Below are positions 23,204 through 32,280 of a stretch of DNA of 64,000 bases, piece after piece; the stretch's first letter is position 1, and every line of letters begins with the position of its first letter. Under the pieces are notes generated by a model. It saw only the letters and a list, made by a program, of their open reading frames with translations, was not told the origin of the DNA and searched no databases. A program made the translations under genes and the position numbers. Source of the stretch: an uncultured Acidobacteriota bacterium. GTDB lineage: Bacteria; Acidobacteriota; Thermoanaerobaculia; UBA5066; Gp7-AA6. Location of the stretch: assembly GCA_963739435.1 (NCBI GenBank), contig CAVUAN010000024.1, forward strand, positions 39,486 through 103,485. The letters are read 5' to 3'.

Positions 23204-24831
23204 GACCGTCCCTCGCATGTGTCAAAACAGCCCGCCGTCTCGAAACCTTCCCGGCCATACGACGGCCGGAACCAGTCCGAGAGCCGGCCAGCCACCTCTT
23301 CCCGGGTCAGGGAGAGTTTTCCGGCCCCGTCGAGGACGTCGGCCGCGTCCACGGGATGCCAGTTCCGCCGCTCGGTGCGGCCGAGGCCCGCGATGTCGCG
23401 CAGCGCAACCGTCTGCCGGAGCCTTGCCAGCCAGGCCTGCCGCTCCTCGAGGCTCGAAGCCGCCGCGCTTCGCGGCGGCAATCGCCTCGCGCGCACAGGG
23501 CGAGGAAATCCGGGCCGTAGGCCGGATCCTCCCTCAGCAGAAACGACCGTGGCTTCGTCTTACCGGCAGAGCCGCGTCGCCGCCTCCGAGTAGCTCGCCG
23601 CGGCGAAGTACAGGTGGGTCAGCGCCGTGAAAACGGGAAAATCGTCGAAAAAAGCGTAAAGGGCCGAGACGAGCCGGGCAGCCGCGTCGGCGTCGTCGAG
23701 CGTCGCGCGCGCGTAGGCGTCGAGACCCGCGTCGAAATCCCGGCCGGGCAGGCCGCCTTCGAAGAGATGGAGCAGCCGCTCGATCCCCAGGAGCGTCAGC
23801 GGAAAGCCCGTCGAAAGGAGCGGATCGACGAAGGCAGCGGAAGACGGCAGCAGGGCCCAGCCCGGCCCGGCCGCGACCCCGGAACGAAACGGCAGCGGGC
23901 GGGCGTGGACGAAGGGGCGGATAGCGCGCGAGCCGCCGCGAACTGGTCCCGGACAGTCGGAAGCCGGTCCAGAAGCCGCCGCCAGGCGGCCTCCCCGTCC
24001 TCGAGAGCCAGCTCCCGCGAAAGCGCCGGAGCGGCCGCGACGCCCGCGCTCGTCGTGCCGTCGGCAAAGCGCAGCACCCAGATCCAGCCCCCCGGAAACA
24101 CGTGGTGGAGCGCGGCGTCGTCGGGCGGATAGGGCGGCCGCTCCGTCCCGGGCAGGATCCCCATCTCGTCGATCCGCCGGACGCCGGAGAAATGCGTGAA
24201 GAGGCCCTCGGTTGCGGGCAGATCCGGGAAGGCCGTCTCGGGCAGATCGAGCGCGCGATGCAGGAACCCGCGCGGCCCCGAGGCATCCACAACGAAGCGG
24301 GCGCACAGCGTGCGGCGGCGGCCGAGCCGGACGGTCGTCGAGCGACACGTTCCCGGGCGTGAACGACGCGTTCGTAATCTCGGTCAGGTCCAGGTACTCG
24401 GCCCCCGCCCGCCCGGCCTCTTCGGCCAAAAACCGGTCGAAGTCGGCCCGGAACCAGTGCGTATCCGCCACCTCGTCGTTCGGGCTCGCAGCCACGAGAA
24501 GCTGGTCACCCCGGTCTTCATCGGCAGAGAAGGGCCGCCCCGGATGATGCGCATAAAACGTGAAGCCCCGCTTCAATCCGCAGTTGATCTCAGGATAGGC
24601 GCGCCGCCAGGTGCCCCAGGCCGTCAGCGGCCGGATCCGGTCGAGACCGTAACGGCCGCAGATCTCCTCGAGCAGGAGGTTGGCGAGCGGCGAAGACGAC
24701 TCTCCGATCGCGAAGCGCGGGTGCGAGCCCTTTTCGACGAGAACGACCGAGAGGCCGAGGCGCCGCGCCGCCATCGCCAGCAGAGAGCCGGAAAAACCGG
24801 CGCCGACGACGGCCAGATCGAAGTCGCTCAC
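23200..24831 (-). CDS. FAD-dependent oxidoreductase (tryptophan-halogenase / GG-reductase-like fold), several apparent frameshifts
   Basis: The GTG at 24831 overlaps the radical-SAM stop (GTGA). The N-terminus FDLAVVGAGFSGSLLA..VLVEKG..FAIGESS is a dinucleotide-binding motif. Pieces lie in ORFs 23560..25152, 23796..24290 (FPGGWIWVLRF) and 23200..23496. The true 3' end is uncertain (23560 or 23200). Confidence 0.7.
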
Positions 24832-25826
24832 GTCTGTCCGCCGCACCGGGCGCACGAGACCCTCGGCAACACGGTCTGCGAAAGGTTCATCGCGTTGAGG
24901 CGCTCGCGCCGGACCGGAAAGCAGGCCTCGCAGGAGGAGAAGCGCTCGAGATCCCACAGGTCGGCTAGGACCCGGCCCCTTCCCGACTCGAGGCCGGCCG
25001 CCGCGGCCGCTTCGAGCGCCGAAAGCAGCGGGGGCTCGAACTCTCCCCTTGCCCGCAGCGCGTCGAGGGCGCCGTTGCCCGGCCGCGTCGGAATCACCGC
25101 GACGACCTCGGCGCCGCAATCGAAAGCGAAATCCATCGACCGGGCGGTCCAATCCTGGGCCTCTTCGTCCCGGAGAAACGGAAGACCCACGAGCACGAAG
25201 GCGCGCAGCGCGACGCCGGCCGAAGCGAGCCTCTCGGCCGCCCTCCCGAAGTCCTCGCGAGTCATGCCCTTGTTCAATCTCGCCAGCACCCCCGGGTGGA
25301 TCGTTTCAAGACCCATCGCCACCTCGAGTCGGCCGGGCAGAAGGTCCCGGAAGCGCAACATGTCCTCGCCGACGAGCGAAGGATGAGACTCGACGATGAC
25401 GCGCGAAAAGCGCCCAACCTCCCGCGCCACCGGCTCGTACTCGCTCAATGGAATCGCTCGCGGATCGAAGAAGCTGCCGGCGTTGTAAAGCTTGATCCAG
25501 TCCGTGTGCGGGAGCCGCCCGAGGGCCCGCCTCACCTGCTCGGCGATGGCGCCCTCGGGGACCGTCTCCGGCAGAGTCGCCTGCCAGAGGTCGCACATCA
25601 AACAGTGCCACGGACACTCCCGATTCGCCAGAAACACCGTCGCAACCGAAACTGTCTCGCCCTTCCCCGACGGTTCCCTCTCGACAAGAGCCCCTACAGG
25701 CTCTCGCGGATCGAGGTCTGGCCGTGGACCCCTCCTCGCGAGAATCCAGCGCGTCCGCTCCCTCGCTGCTGCGGGATACGCCGATTCGGTTCGAGTAGCC
25801 GGCGCGGACACGGATCTCCGTGGCAC
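24828..25826 (-). CDS. Radical SAM protein of uncharacterised subfamily
   Basis: 332 aa with FLANRECPWHCLMCDLW (CxxxCxxC), NAGSFFD and a TIM-barrel-like remainder. The C-terminal Cys pairs are CEAC and CARCGG. It overlaps both neighbouring genes. Confidence 0.8.
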   Translation of the reverse strand: MPRRSVSAPATRTESAYPAAARERTRWILARRGPRPDLDPREPVGALVEREPSGKGETVSVATVFLANRECPWHCLMCDLWQATLPETVPEGAIAEQVRRALGRLPHTDWIKLYNAGSFFDPRAIPLSEYEPVAREVGRFSRVIVESHPSLVGEDMLRFRDLLPGRLEVAMGLETIHPGVLARLNKGMTREDFGRAAERLASAGVALRAFVLVGLPFLRDEEAQDWTARSMDFAFDCGAEVVAVIPTRPGNGALDALRARGEFEPPLLSALEAAAAAGLESGRGRVLADLWDLERFSSCEACFPVRRERLNAMNLSQTVLPRVSCARCGGQT

Positions 25827-27148
25827 TACCGATAGGCGGCCATCAGGTGCTCGCGATACGCGGCCTCCGTGTGCGGGAAGAGGCGGCGAGCGAAGCCAGC
25901 AGCGGGAGCGCCGTGCTGGAATCGGCGTTTTTCGAAAACGGGCATCGCGAGCCCGGTCACCGCCTTCACGCCGCGTGCGACGAGGTCCCCCTTCAGGGCA
26001 TAAAGAACGCCGACATCGCCTCCCGCGATCTCACCAAACGGTATGGCCTCGGCTGCGGCGATCACCGAGGGCCGCGTGTAGGGGCTGAATCCCTCGAAAG
26101 AAAAGCGCCGCAAGGGCGCGTAGGAGCGGGACGAGGACCGGCTCTGCCCGCCCGTGTAGGTCAACGAGTGCTTGAGTTTCCCAACGCCCCACCCTTCCTG
26201 GTAGAGGAGGGGGTTGTTGACGACGCTGCGGATCGTCAGCTCCGGGTTCTCCTCGATCGGATAGTCCTTCATGTTCTCGTCGCCGCCGTCGCCGTCCACG
26301 AGCAGGCGCCAGGACGGATACCGCTCGCGGATGCCGCGCGCCAGGGCCAGCGCCATCGTGGCCGACTCGATGTCGAGCGGCTTGTAGTCCTCGACGACGC
26401 GCACCGCCTCGAGCGGGTCGAGCGCCTCGGGACTCGTCTCGATCGCCTCGAGAAAGATCTCGAGCTGGAGCGAGCCGAGAAACGCGTGCGCCTGCTCGAG
26501 GTCGGCCCCGCCCCCGGCCGAAAGCGTGAACGCCTTGAGGCGCGACGGAGACATCCCGAGGGCGCAGAGCGCGTGGTACGTCAGGAGGAAGACAGCCCCG
26601 CTGTCGACTCCCCCCGAAAAGCAGACGCCGATCGGCTCCTCGGGCGGCACAGCCTCCAGCCAGCGCCCGATCTCCCGGGCGAGAGCCCCGACGTACGCCG
26701 CCCCGAGCGCGTCCCGGTCGGTCCCGGCCGTCGCCATCTTCGGCGTGAAAAAGCGCTCGCAGACCGGGGAAGGATCGGGACAGCCGACGAGCTCGATTGT
26801 CAGGACATGGTGAGCGGGCACCATGCGCGTGTAGCTCGGATGGAACTGGCCGGCCAGCCCTTCGCGCCGGAGCCAGGCCGCGATCGAATCGATGCGGTCG
26901 GATACGACGAGAGCCGGGCCATCCTGCCGCTTGGCGAGAAAGTAACGCAGCGGGCGGTCGAGCGAACGCGCGAGGCGCACGGCTCGGCCATCCGGCGCGA
27001 CCAGGGCAAACGAGCCTTCGATCGAAGCTGCCGCCTCGGGCGATCCGCCCGAGAGAAGGCCGCGAGCCTCCTCGACCGGCATGTTCAGGATGCGGTTGGC
27101 CGCGGGATCCGTCAGATCCACCACGCGGTCGATCTCGCGCACGATCAT
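25826..27148 (-). CDS. Asparagine-synthetase-B-like PP-loop ATP-pyrophosphatase lacking the N-terminal Cys nucleophile (beta-lactam-synthetase-like architecture)
   Basis: 440 aa. It starts MIVREID, with no MCG. The PP-loop is GVCFSGGVDSGAV, followed by LLVDGDGGDE. Confidence 0.75.
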   Translation of the reverse strand: MIVREIDRVVDLTDPAANRILNMPVEEARGLLSGGSPEAAASIEGSFALVAPDGRAVRLARSLDRPLRYFLAKRQDGPALVVSDRIDSIAAWLRREGLAGQFHPSYTRMVPAHHVLTIELVGCPDPSPVCERFFTPKMATAGTDRDALGAAYVGALAREIGRWLEAVPPEEPIGVCFSGGVDSGAVFLLTYHALCALGMSPSRLKAFTLSAGGGADLEQAHAFLGSLQLEIFLEAIETSPEALDPLEAVRVVEDYKPLDIESATMALALARGIRERYPSWRLLVDGDGGDENMKDYPIEENPELTIRSVVNNPLLYQEGWGVGKLKHSLTYTGGQSRSSSRSYAPLRRFSFEGFSPYTRPSVIAAAEAIPFGEIAGGDVGVLYALKGDLVARGVKAVTGLAMPVFEKRRFQHGAPAAGFARRLFPHTEAAYREHLMAAYR

Positions 27149-27175
27149 CGGATCCTCCTCCGGCTCGATCCTATG

Positions 27176-27646
27176 TCAGGGAAGGCCAGCGGCCTGATTC
27201 TTCCGAATGTAGATCGTCTTCTCGATCGTGGCGTGAACGACGCCGGCCGCGTCGGCAAGGTCAACCGCATAGACGCGGTCGATCGAGCGCGCCTCGGCCG
27301 TGAGCTTTCGGATCGTGGCGATCTCCTCGTCCGTCAGGAGAAAGCGGGCGAAGAGAGTGGTCTTTCCCGGCTTTCGGAAGCGGATCGAGGCCGCTTTGTC
27401 CCAGACGGTGTAGCCGGGGCCGAGGATCTGCATGAGCAGGATCATGTACACGGGGTCGACCGCTCCATAGAGGCTTCCGCCGAAGATCGTGCCCACGCGG
27501 TTGCGCGTGCGCCGGGAGAGAGGCAGCTCGACGTGCGCTTCGTGAAAGTCGCTCGAGACGTAGGTGACGCGGCCCCCGGTGCCGCGGTAGGCGGGGAAAA
27601 GCCGGAACCACCACCGCACCCGGCGGCTTTCCGAAGATTCGGGCAT
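27176..27646 (-). CDS. Hot-dog-fold thioesterase-like protein (DUF4442/YiiD_C-like)
   Basis: 156 aa: NRVGTIFGGSLYGAVDPVYMILL..WDKAASIRFRKPG. First gene of the four-gene minus-strand operon. The family call is from memory. Confidence 0.6.
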   Translation of the reverse strand: MPESSESRRVRWWFRLFPAYRGTGGRVTYVSSDFHEAHVELPLSRRTRNRVGTIFGGSLYGAVDPVYMILLMQILGPGYTVWDKAASIRFRKPGKTTLFARFLLTDEEIATIRKLTAEARSIDRVYAVDLADAAGVVHATIEKTIYIRKNQAAGLP

Positions 27647-27745
27647 TAGTGAATGCTAAACCGTCGCGCCCGGGCCGCATTCCTGACAGAATGTTGACGC
27701 TCCCGGCGGGGCAGGTTCTGCTACCGTCCGGGCGAGGAGGACAAG

Positions 27746-28426
27746 ATGAAGAAAATGATCGCTCCCTGCGCTCTCGTTGCAGCGGCCCTGCTGCTTCCGG
27801 GTGTCGCCTCCGCTTCGGGCTCGTCCTCGATGTCCCGGCCCCAGCAACAGCAGCCGCAGGCCACGCCGGAACAGGAGGCCGTCGATCTCTACAACGACGG
27901 GATTTCCTACCGCGACAAGGCCGCCCAGCTCGACAAGGAGGCGGCCGCCGAGGCCGACGTCAAGAAAAAGGCAAAGCTCGAAGAGAAAGCCCTGGACCGG
28001 ACCGAGTCCTCGGCGAAGAAGTTCGCTCAGGCCACGAAGAAGAACCCCCGGCTCTTCCAGGCCTGGGGAAGCCTGGGCTTCGCGTACCGGAGGATGGGCA
28101 AGTTCAACGAGTCGCTCGAGGCCTACAACGCGGCTCTCGAGATCGAGCCGACCTACACGCCCGCCATCGAGTACCGCGCGGAGACGTTCCTCGGCCTCGG
28201 CCGTTTGGACGACGTCCAGGCGGCTTACATGGTCCTCTTCCGCGCCGACAGGCCGAAAGCCGACGAGCTCTCGGCGGCGATCGACAAGTGGCTGCAGAAG
28301 AAGCAGGCCGACCCCGCGCCGCTCGACCCCGCCGCCGTCGAGAGCTTCGCGAAGTGGGCCGCGGAGCGCAAACAGCTCGCGTCGCAGACGAGCTCACTCC
28401 TCGCGCCCGCGCATGAGGGCTGGTAG
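27746..28426 (+). CDS. Secreted TPR-repeat protein
   Basis: The signal peptide is MKKMIAPCALVAAALLLPGVASA. TPR-like repeats include AWGSLGFAYRRMGKFNESLEAYNAALEIEP. Confidence 0.75.
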   Translation: MKKMIAPCALVAAALLLPGVASASGSSSMSRPQQQQPQATPEQEAVDLYNDGISYRDKAAQLDKEAAAEADVKKKAKLEEKALDRTESSAKKFAQATKKNPRLFQAWGSLGFAYRRMGKFNESLEAYNAALEIEPTYTPAIEYRAETFLGLGRLDDVQAAYMVLFRADRPKADELSAAIDKWLQKKQADPAPLDPAAVESFAKWAAERKQLASQTSSLLAPAHEGW

Positions 28427-29465
28427 AGCTCTCGCGACCTTTCTCCGGCGAGCTTCCGTCCTGATCCTGGCGGCCGCGCCGCACGTCGGCGGCGCGCCGC
28501 CCGCCCGCCGCTACGTCCCCACTCCTGCCTGGGACTGGAAGCTCCCCCAGGGCTTCCCCGCTCCGTGCGTGCCGGCCGACAACCCGATGAGCGCCGAGAA
28601 AGTCTCGCTGGGAAGGCGCCTCTTCTTCGACCCGATTCTTTCGGGCAACGGCACCCAGGCTTGTGCGACGTGCCACAAGCCGGAGCTCGCTTTCACCGAC
28701 GGCAAGGCCCACGCCCTCGGCTCGACGGGTCAATCGCATCCCCGTGGAAGCATGAGCCTCGCCAACGTCGCGTACAACGCGTCGTTCACGTGGGTCGATG
28801 CGGGCCGCACCAGCCTGGAGGATCAGGCGCAGGGACCCATGTTCAACCAGGACCCCGTCGAGCTCGGGCTGGCCGGACTCCAGGCCGAAGCGGCCGCGCG
28901 CATCGCCGCGGACAACCGCTACGCCGAAGATTTTGCCGTGGCCTTTCCGGAGGAAGCTCAGCCCATCACCCTCGACAACGCTCGGAAGGCCATCGCCTGC
29001 TTCGAGAGGACCCTCTTCTCCGGCGACTCGCCCTATGACCGGCTCGTCTGGCGAGACGACCGCGCCGCGCTGTCGGATTCCGCGCGGCGGGGCATGACGC
29101 TCTTCTTCTCCGACAGACTCGCCTGCTCGAAGTGTCACGCCGGATTCACGTTCTCCGGCCCTGTCTCCTACGACAGCTCTCCTCCCGGCCAGGCCACGTT
29201 CCACGACACGGGTCTCGACGGCCGGTTCCGCGCCCCGACACTTCGCAATATCGCCGTCACCGCTCCGTACATGCACGACGGACGGTTCGCCACGCTCGAG
29301 CAGGTCATCGATCACTACGCGAGCCCGGGCGCCGCGACGCCGGGTCGGAGCCCCCTCATCAAAGGATTCGCAATCACGCCTGAAGAAAAGAAGGACCTCG
29401 TGGAGTTCTTGAAGAGCCTCACGGACCAGACATTCCTCGAGGCCATGGTCAAGGAGAAACAATGA
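28413..29465 (+). CDS. Di-haem cytochrome c peroxidase / MauG/MbnH-like enzyme
   Basis: ATG at 28413 in the frame of ORF 27777..29465. Two CxxCH motifs (CATCHKP and CSKCHAG), plus FRAPTLRNIA.TAPYMHDG. Confidence 0.85.
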   Translation: MRAGRALATFLRRASVLILAAAPHVGGAPPARRYVPTPAWDWKLPQGFPAPCVPADNPMSAEKVSLGRRLFFDPILSGNGTQACATCHKPELAFTDGKAHALGSTGQSHPRGSMSLANVAYNASFTWVDAGRTSLEDQAQGPMFNQDPVELGLAGLQAEAAARIAADNRYAEDFAVAFPEEAQPITLDNARKAIACFERTLFSGDSPYDRLVWRDDRAALSDSARRGMTLFFSDRLACSKCHAGFTFSGPVSYDSSPPGQATFHDTGLDGRFRAPTLRNIAVTAPYMHDGRFATLEQVIDHYASPGAATPGRSPLIKGFAITPEEKKDLVEFLKSLTDQTFLEAMVKEKQ

Positions 29466-30166
29466 AGCGGACCCGATTCTTGATCCTCGCGAGCCTCTTC
29501 CTGGCGCCATGGAGCGCTTCGGCGCAGCCGGCTCCCGGCACGATTTGGGAGTTCAAGGTGAACGACGCCTGGGGCCGCGACACGGTTCAATTCCTGACGG
29601 CCGCGCCTCTCGAAGACATCGTCGGGACCACGAACCAGCTCACGGGCGTCCTCCGCGCCGACCCGAAGAACCTCAAGGGACCCTCGACCGCCGTCCGTCT
29701 CGAGGTCACCCTCGCCTCGTTCAAGACCGGGATCGAGATGCGAGACGGTGCCGTTGCCAAAGCGCTCGGGGCCGAGCAGAATCCGCGTTCGACCTTCACT
29801 CTCGACCGAGTCCTGTCCGCTTCGGCAAGCACTCTCGAGCCCAACATCCTTGTGGACATCCAGGCCGAGGGAACCTTCGAGCTCAAGGGCGTGAAGAAGA
29901 GAATCGAGGTCGCCGCGAAGATCACATTCATCCCGAAAGGCGGCCCGTTCAGCCAGATGCGGCCGGGCAACTTCGTGAAGATCGTCGCCAAATTCGACAT
30001 CAAGCTCGCCGACTTCAGCGTCGAGCGCGCAGGCCCCGTGCTGCCCCTCCAGGTCGCCGACACCGCGCACATCACGGTCATGGCCCTGGCCAGCGACGCC
30101 ACCCCCGAAGAAGCCGAGGCCTACCGCCAGAAGGCCGTCAAGTACATGGGCAAGGCAGAAAACTAG
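29462..30166 (+). CDS. YceI-like periplasmic protein
   Basis: 234 aa with a signal peptide and a YceI-like beta-barrel pattern (..TFELKGVKKRIEV..). Start overlaps the upstream stop (ATGA). Confidence 0.7.
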   Translation: MKRTRFLILASLFLAPWSASAQPAPGTIWEFKVNDAWGRDTVQFLTAAPLEDIVGTTNQLTGVLRADPKNLKGPSTAVRLEVTLASFKTGIEMRDGAVAKALGAEQNPRSTFTLDRVLSASASTLEPNILVDIQAEGTFELKGVKKRIEVAAKITFIPKGGPFSQMRPGNFVKIVAKFDIKLADFSVERAGPVLPLQVADTAHITVMALASDATPEEAEAYRQKAVKYMGKAEN

Positions 30167-30711
30167 CGGGTTGAGCCGGGTGCCGTAAACGCGTCGCGCA
30201 GGCGAGCGCTACGCAGATATCCGAGCATGACGGCGAAGAAGGAGCCGAGCAGAAGGATGGCGCCAGCGCCGGCGAAAAGAGCCAGGGACCGCATCGATTC
30301 CGTCAACGAGGGATCCATGGTCGTCAGGCCGGCGTGACTCCAAAGCCCCAGCCAGAAGATCAGAAACCCAGCGGCGTAGCAGATTCCCAGACCGCAGACC
30401 GTCTGGATCGCGATCCGCGCCCAGGGCCGCAGCCGCAGGAGGTTCCACGCGGAGACGATGACGAGTGTCCAGAACGTGGCCTGCGCAAGAAACATCACGC
30501 CGGCGTGAGCCAGCATCGTCTGAACGAGCGGTACGTTCGCGAAACGCTCCCCGAAAGCCTGCAACAGAGCTGGAGCTGCCGAATGCAGAACGGACCAGGT
30601 CAACAGATTCATCAGCGCCTTGAGCACCAGGATCCCGCCCAGAACGATCCACACCCACCCGATGACCGTCACCGCCCGCGGCCGCTCCGGTTCCTCCGCC
30701 TGACCAATCAC
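30163..30711 (-). CDS. Hypothetical integral membrane protein (about 4-5 TM helices)
   Basis: 182 aa of hydrophobic segments: VIGWVWIVLGGILVL, VMFLAQATFWTLVIVSAW, GLGICYAAGFLIFWLGLW and LFAGAGAILLLGSFFAVMLG. Confidence 0.65.
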   Translation of the reverse strand: MIGQAEEPERPRAVTVIGWVWIVLGGILVLKALMNLLTWSVLHSAAPALLQAFGERFANVPLVQTMLAHAGVMFLAQATFWTLVIVSAWNLLRLRPWARIAIQTVCGLGICYAAGFLIFWLGLWSHAGLTTMDPSLTESMRSLALFAGAGAILLLGSFFAVMLGYLRSARLRDAFTAPGSTR

Positions 30712-30792
30712 TCAGCCCAAGAATACGCCCTAAAAAGACGTCGGGTTCGCCGGGGTCGACGTGGGGAGAAAACCTATAATCGCGGATCTCCC

Positions 30793-31923
30793 ATGACTAT
30801 CCCCGAAGTTGCGACTGTCCTCCCGCCTCTGTACGCGCGATGGATGGACGCTCTGCTCGCATCGCCGATCCCTCCCGAGAAGCGCGCAACGTGCGACGAC
30901 TGCGCCATGTGCGCGCCCGAAGGAACGGACCCGCTCGGCAGCATTCTGTACTTCAGCCCGCGCACGAAGTGCTGCACCTACCATCCGACGTTGTCCAACT
31001 ACCTGGTCGGACGGGCCCTCGAGGACCGCGACTTCGCGTTCTCGGCCGGGCGGGCGACCCTCGAGAAGCGTATCCGGGCAGGCGTCGGTGTGACTCCGCT
31101 CGGCGTCGGGGCGGCCCGGACCTTCAGCGTGCTGTACGAAAACGGCAGCCAGGCCTTCGGCCTTGCAGAATCCCTGCGCTGCCCCCACTACCTGGAGGAA
31201 GGGGGCGGGCGCTGCGGCATCTGGCGGCATCGGAACTCGATCTGCGCGACCTGGTTTTGCAAGTTCGAGCGGGGCGCCGTGGGAGAGGCATTCTGGGACC
31301 GGCTGCGCAACCTCCTCATGACGGTCGAGCGCGCGCTCGCCATCTGGTGCGTGCTGGAAGCGGGCCTCGAGACTGAGGCCCTCGGCGCGGTCTTCCCGCA
31401 GGACCAGCGGCCCGGCGGACGCGAACCCTTGACGGCGGCCGAGCTGGACGGTGTTCCGGACCCGCCCGTGGCTCGGAAGCTCTGGGGAGCCTGGTTCGGC
31501 CGCGAGGACGAGTTCTACCGTCTGTGCGGCCGGCGCGTGGAAACCCTGACGTGGCCCGACGTCGAGCGCATAGGCGGCTCGGAAGTCACCGCCCTGGCTC
31601 GACTGACGTCTCGCGCGTTCCACGCGCTTCGTTCCACGGAGCTGCCGGGGCGCCTCACCACGGGACCGTTCCAGGTGCTCTCCACGGGTCGCGAGGGGGT
31701 TCGGGTCATCGCCTACACGGGATCCGATCCTCTGGATCTCGACCCGGCGGTCATGGAGATTCTGCCTCACTTCGATGGCCGCCCCACCGGCCAGGTTCTG
31801 GCCTCGATCGAAAAGGAGCTTGGTGTCCGAGTGGAAGAGGATCTCGTGCGTAAGCTCGCCGACTTCGAGATCCTCAAACCATCTGGCTCGTCGAGCTCAT
31901 CTCGAGGGCCTCGCTCTTCTTAG
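30793..31923 (+). CDS. Cys-rich YkgJ-like (putative Fe/Zn-binding) protein with a PqqD/RRE-like C-terminal segment
   Basis: ATG at 30793 in ORF 30334..31923. Cys motifs are CDDCAMC, KCCTYHP and LRCPHYLEEGGGRCGIWRHRNSICATWFC (YkgJ-type C..C.I...R...C..F.C). The C-terminus AVMEILPHFDGRPTGQVLASIEKELGVRVEEDLVRKLADFEILKP fits the PqqD-like pattern ..DG..t..ei...l......e.l..dv..fl..l... Confidence 0.7.
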   Translation: MTIPEVATVLPPLYARWMDALLASPIPPEKRATCDDCAMCAPEGTDPLGSILYFSPRTKCCTYHPTLSNYLVGRALEDRDFAFSAGRATLEKRIRAGVGVTPLGVGAARTFSVLYENGSQAFGLAESLRCPHYLEEGGGRCGIWRHRNSICATWFCKFERGAVGEAFWDRLRNLLMTVERALAIWCVLEAGLETEALGAVFPQDQRPGGREPLTAAELDGVPDPPVARKLWGAWFGREDEFYRLCGRRVETLTWPDVERIGGSEVTALARLTSRAFHALRSTELPGRLTTGPFQVLSTGREGVRVIAYTGSDPLDLDPAVMEILPHFDGRPTGQVLASIEKELGVRVEEDLVRKLADFEILKPSGSSSSSRGPRSS

Positions 31924-32102
31924 ACCTCACCCTTCGATTTGTCCCGGCCCTTTGCCCTTTTTCCCGGTTGTCGAGCCGGTTGTTCCTGTCTTCCGAGGCG
32001 TTCGCCGAACACCCGTTTGGAGCTTCCACCTCGAACGTCCTTGCGGGGGGCCAGGTCGTTCAAGAGGATTACGTCCGGACGCCGGCGACGATCCTTCTTC
32101 AT
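31920..32102 (-). CDS. Stand-alone double-glycine-leader peptide (60 aa), seventh member of the peptide system
   Basis: Manual translation gives MKKDRRRRPDVILLNDLAPRKDVRGG|SSKRVFGERLGRQEQPARQPGKRAKGRDKSKGEV. An SD-like AAAGGGG lies 7-8 nt upstream, and a sigma-54-type promoter lies ~49 nt upstream. The ending DV(K/R)GG is shared with the array leaders. The ORF track lists it as 31920..32135 from an upstream ATG. Confidence 0.55.
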   Translation of the reverse strand: MKKDRRRRPDVILLNDLAPRKDVRGGSSKRVFGERLGRQEQPARQPGKRAKGRDKSKGEV

Positions 32103-32149
32103 TCGACACCCCTTTGACCTGCCGGCAGGAGGCATCGCGCTCTTCCTGG

Positions 32150-32165
32150 AGCAGTTTCCTTGCCA
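32150..32165 (-). promoter_or_regulatory. Sigma-54 (-24/-12) promoter candidate: TGGCAAggaaaCTGCT
   Basis: The minus strand reads TGGCAA-N5-CTGCT. The GG and GC have exactly the canonical spacing of TGGCAC-N5-TTGCW. It lies ~49 nt upstream of the peptide ATG at 32102. Confidence 0.6.
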
Positions 32166-32280
32166 TCCGTCGGGGCCGAAGCAAACCGCTCGCCAATCAG
32201 GAGTTCGGCAAGGGGCCGGGACCGGAACGCGCGCTCATGGTCGCGAACGGAGGCCATCGATGGTCTCGAAACGTATCCAG

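Noticed and set aside
23200-24831. Calling the flavoprotein a tryptophan or aromatic halogenase.
   Set aside because: Only the GxGxxG FAD fold and a GWIWVLRF stretch are visible. The diagnostic WxWxIP motif is not intact and the catalytic Lys cannot be located in the frameshifted sequence. I kept the generic call of FAD-dependent oxidoreductase.
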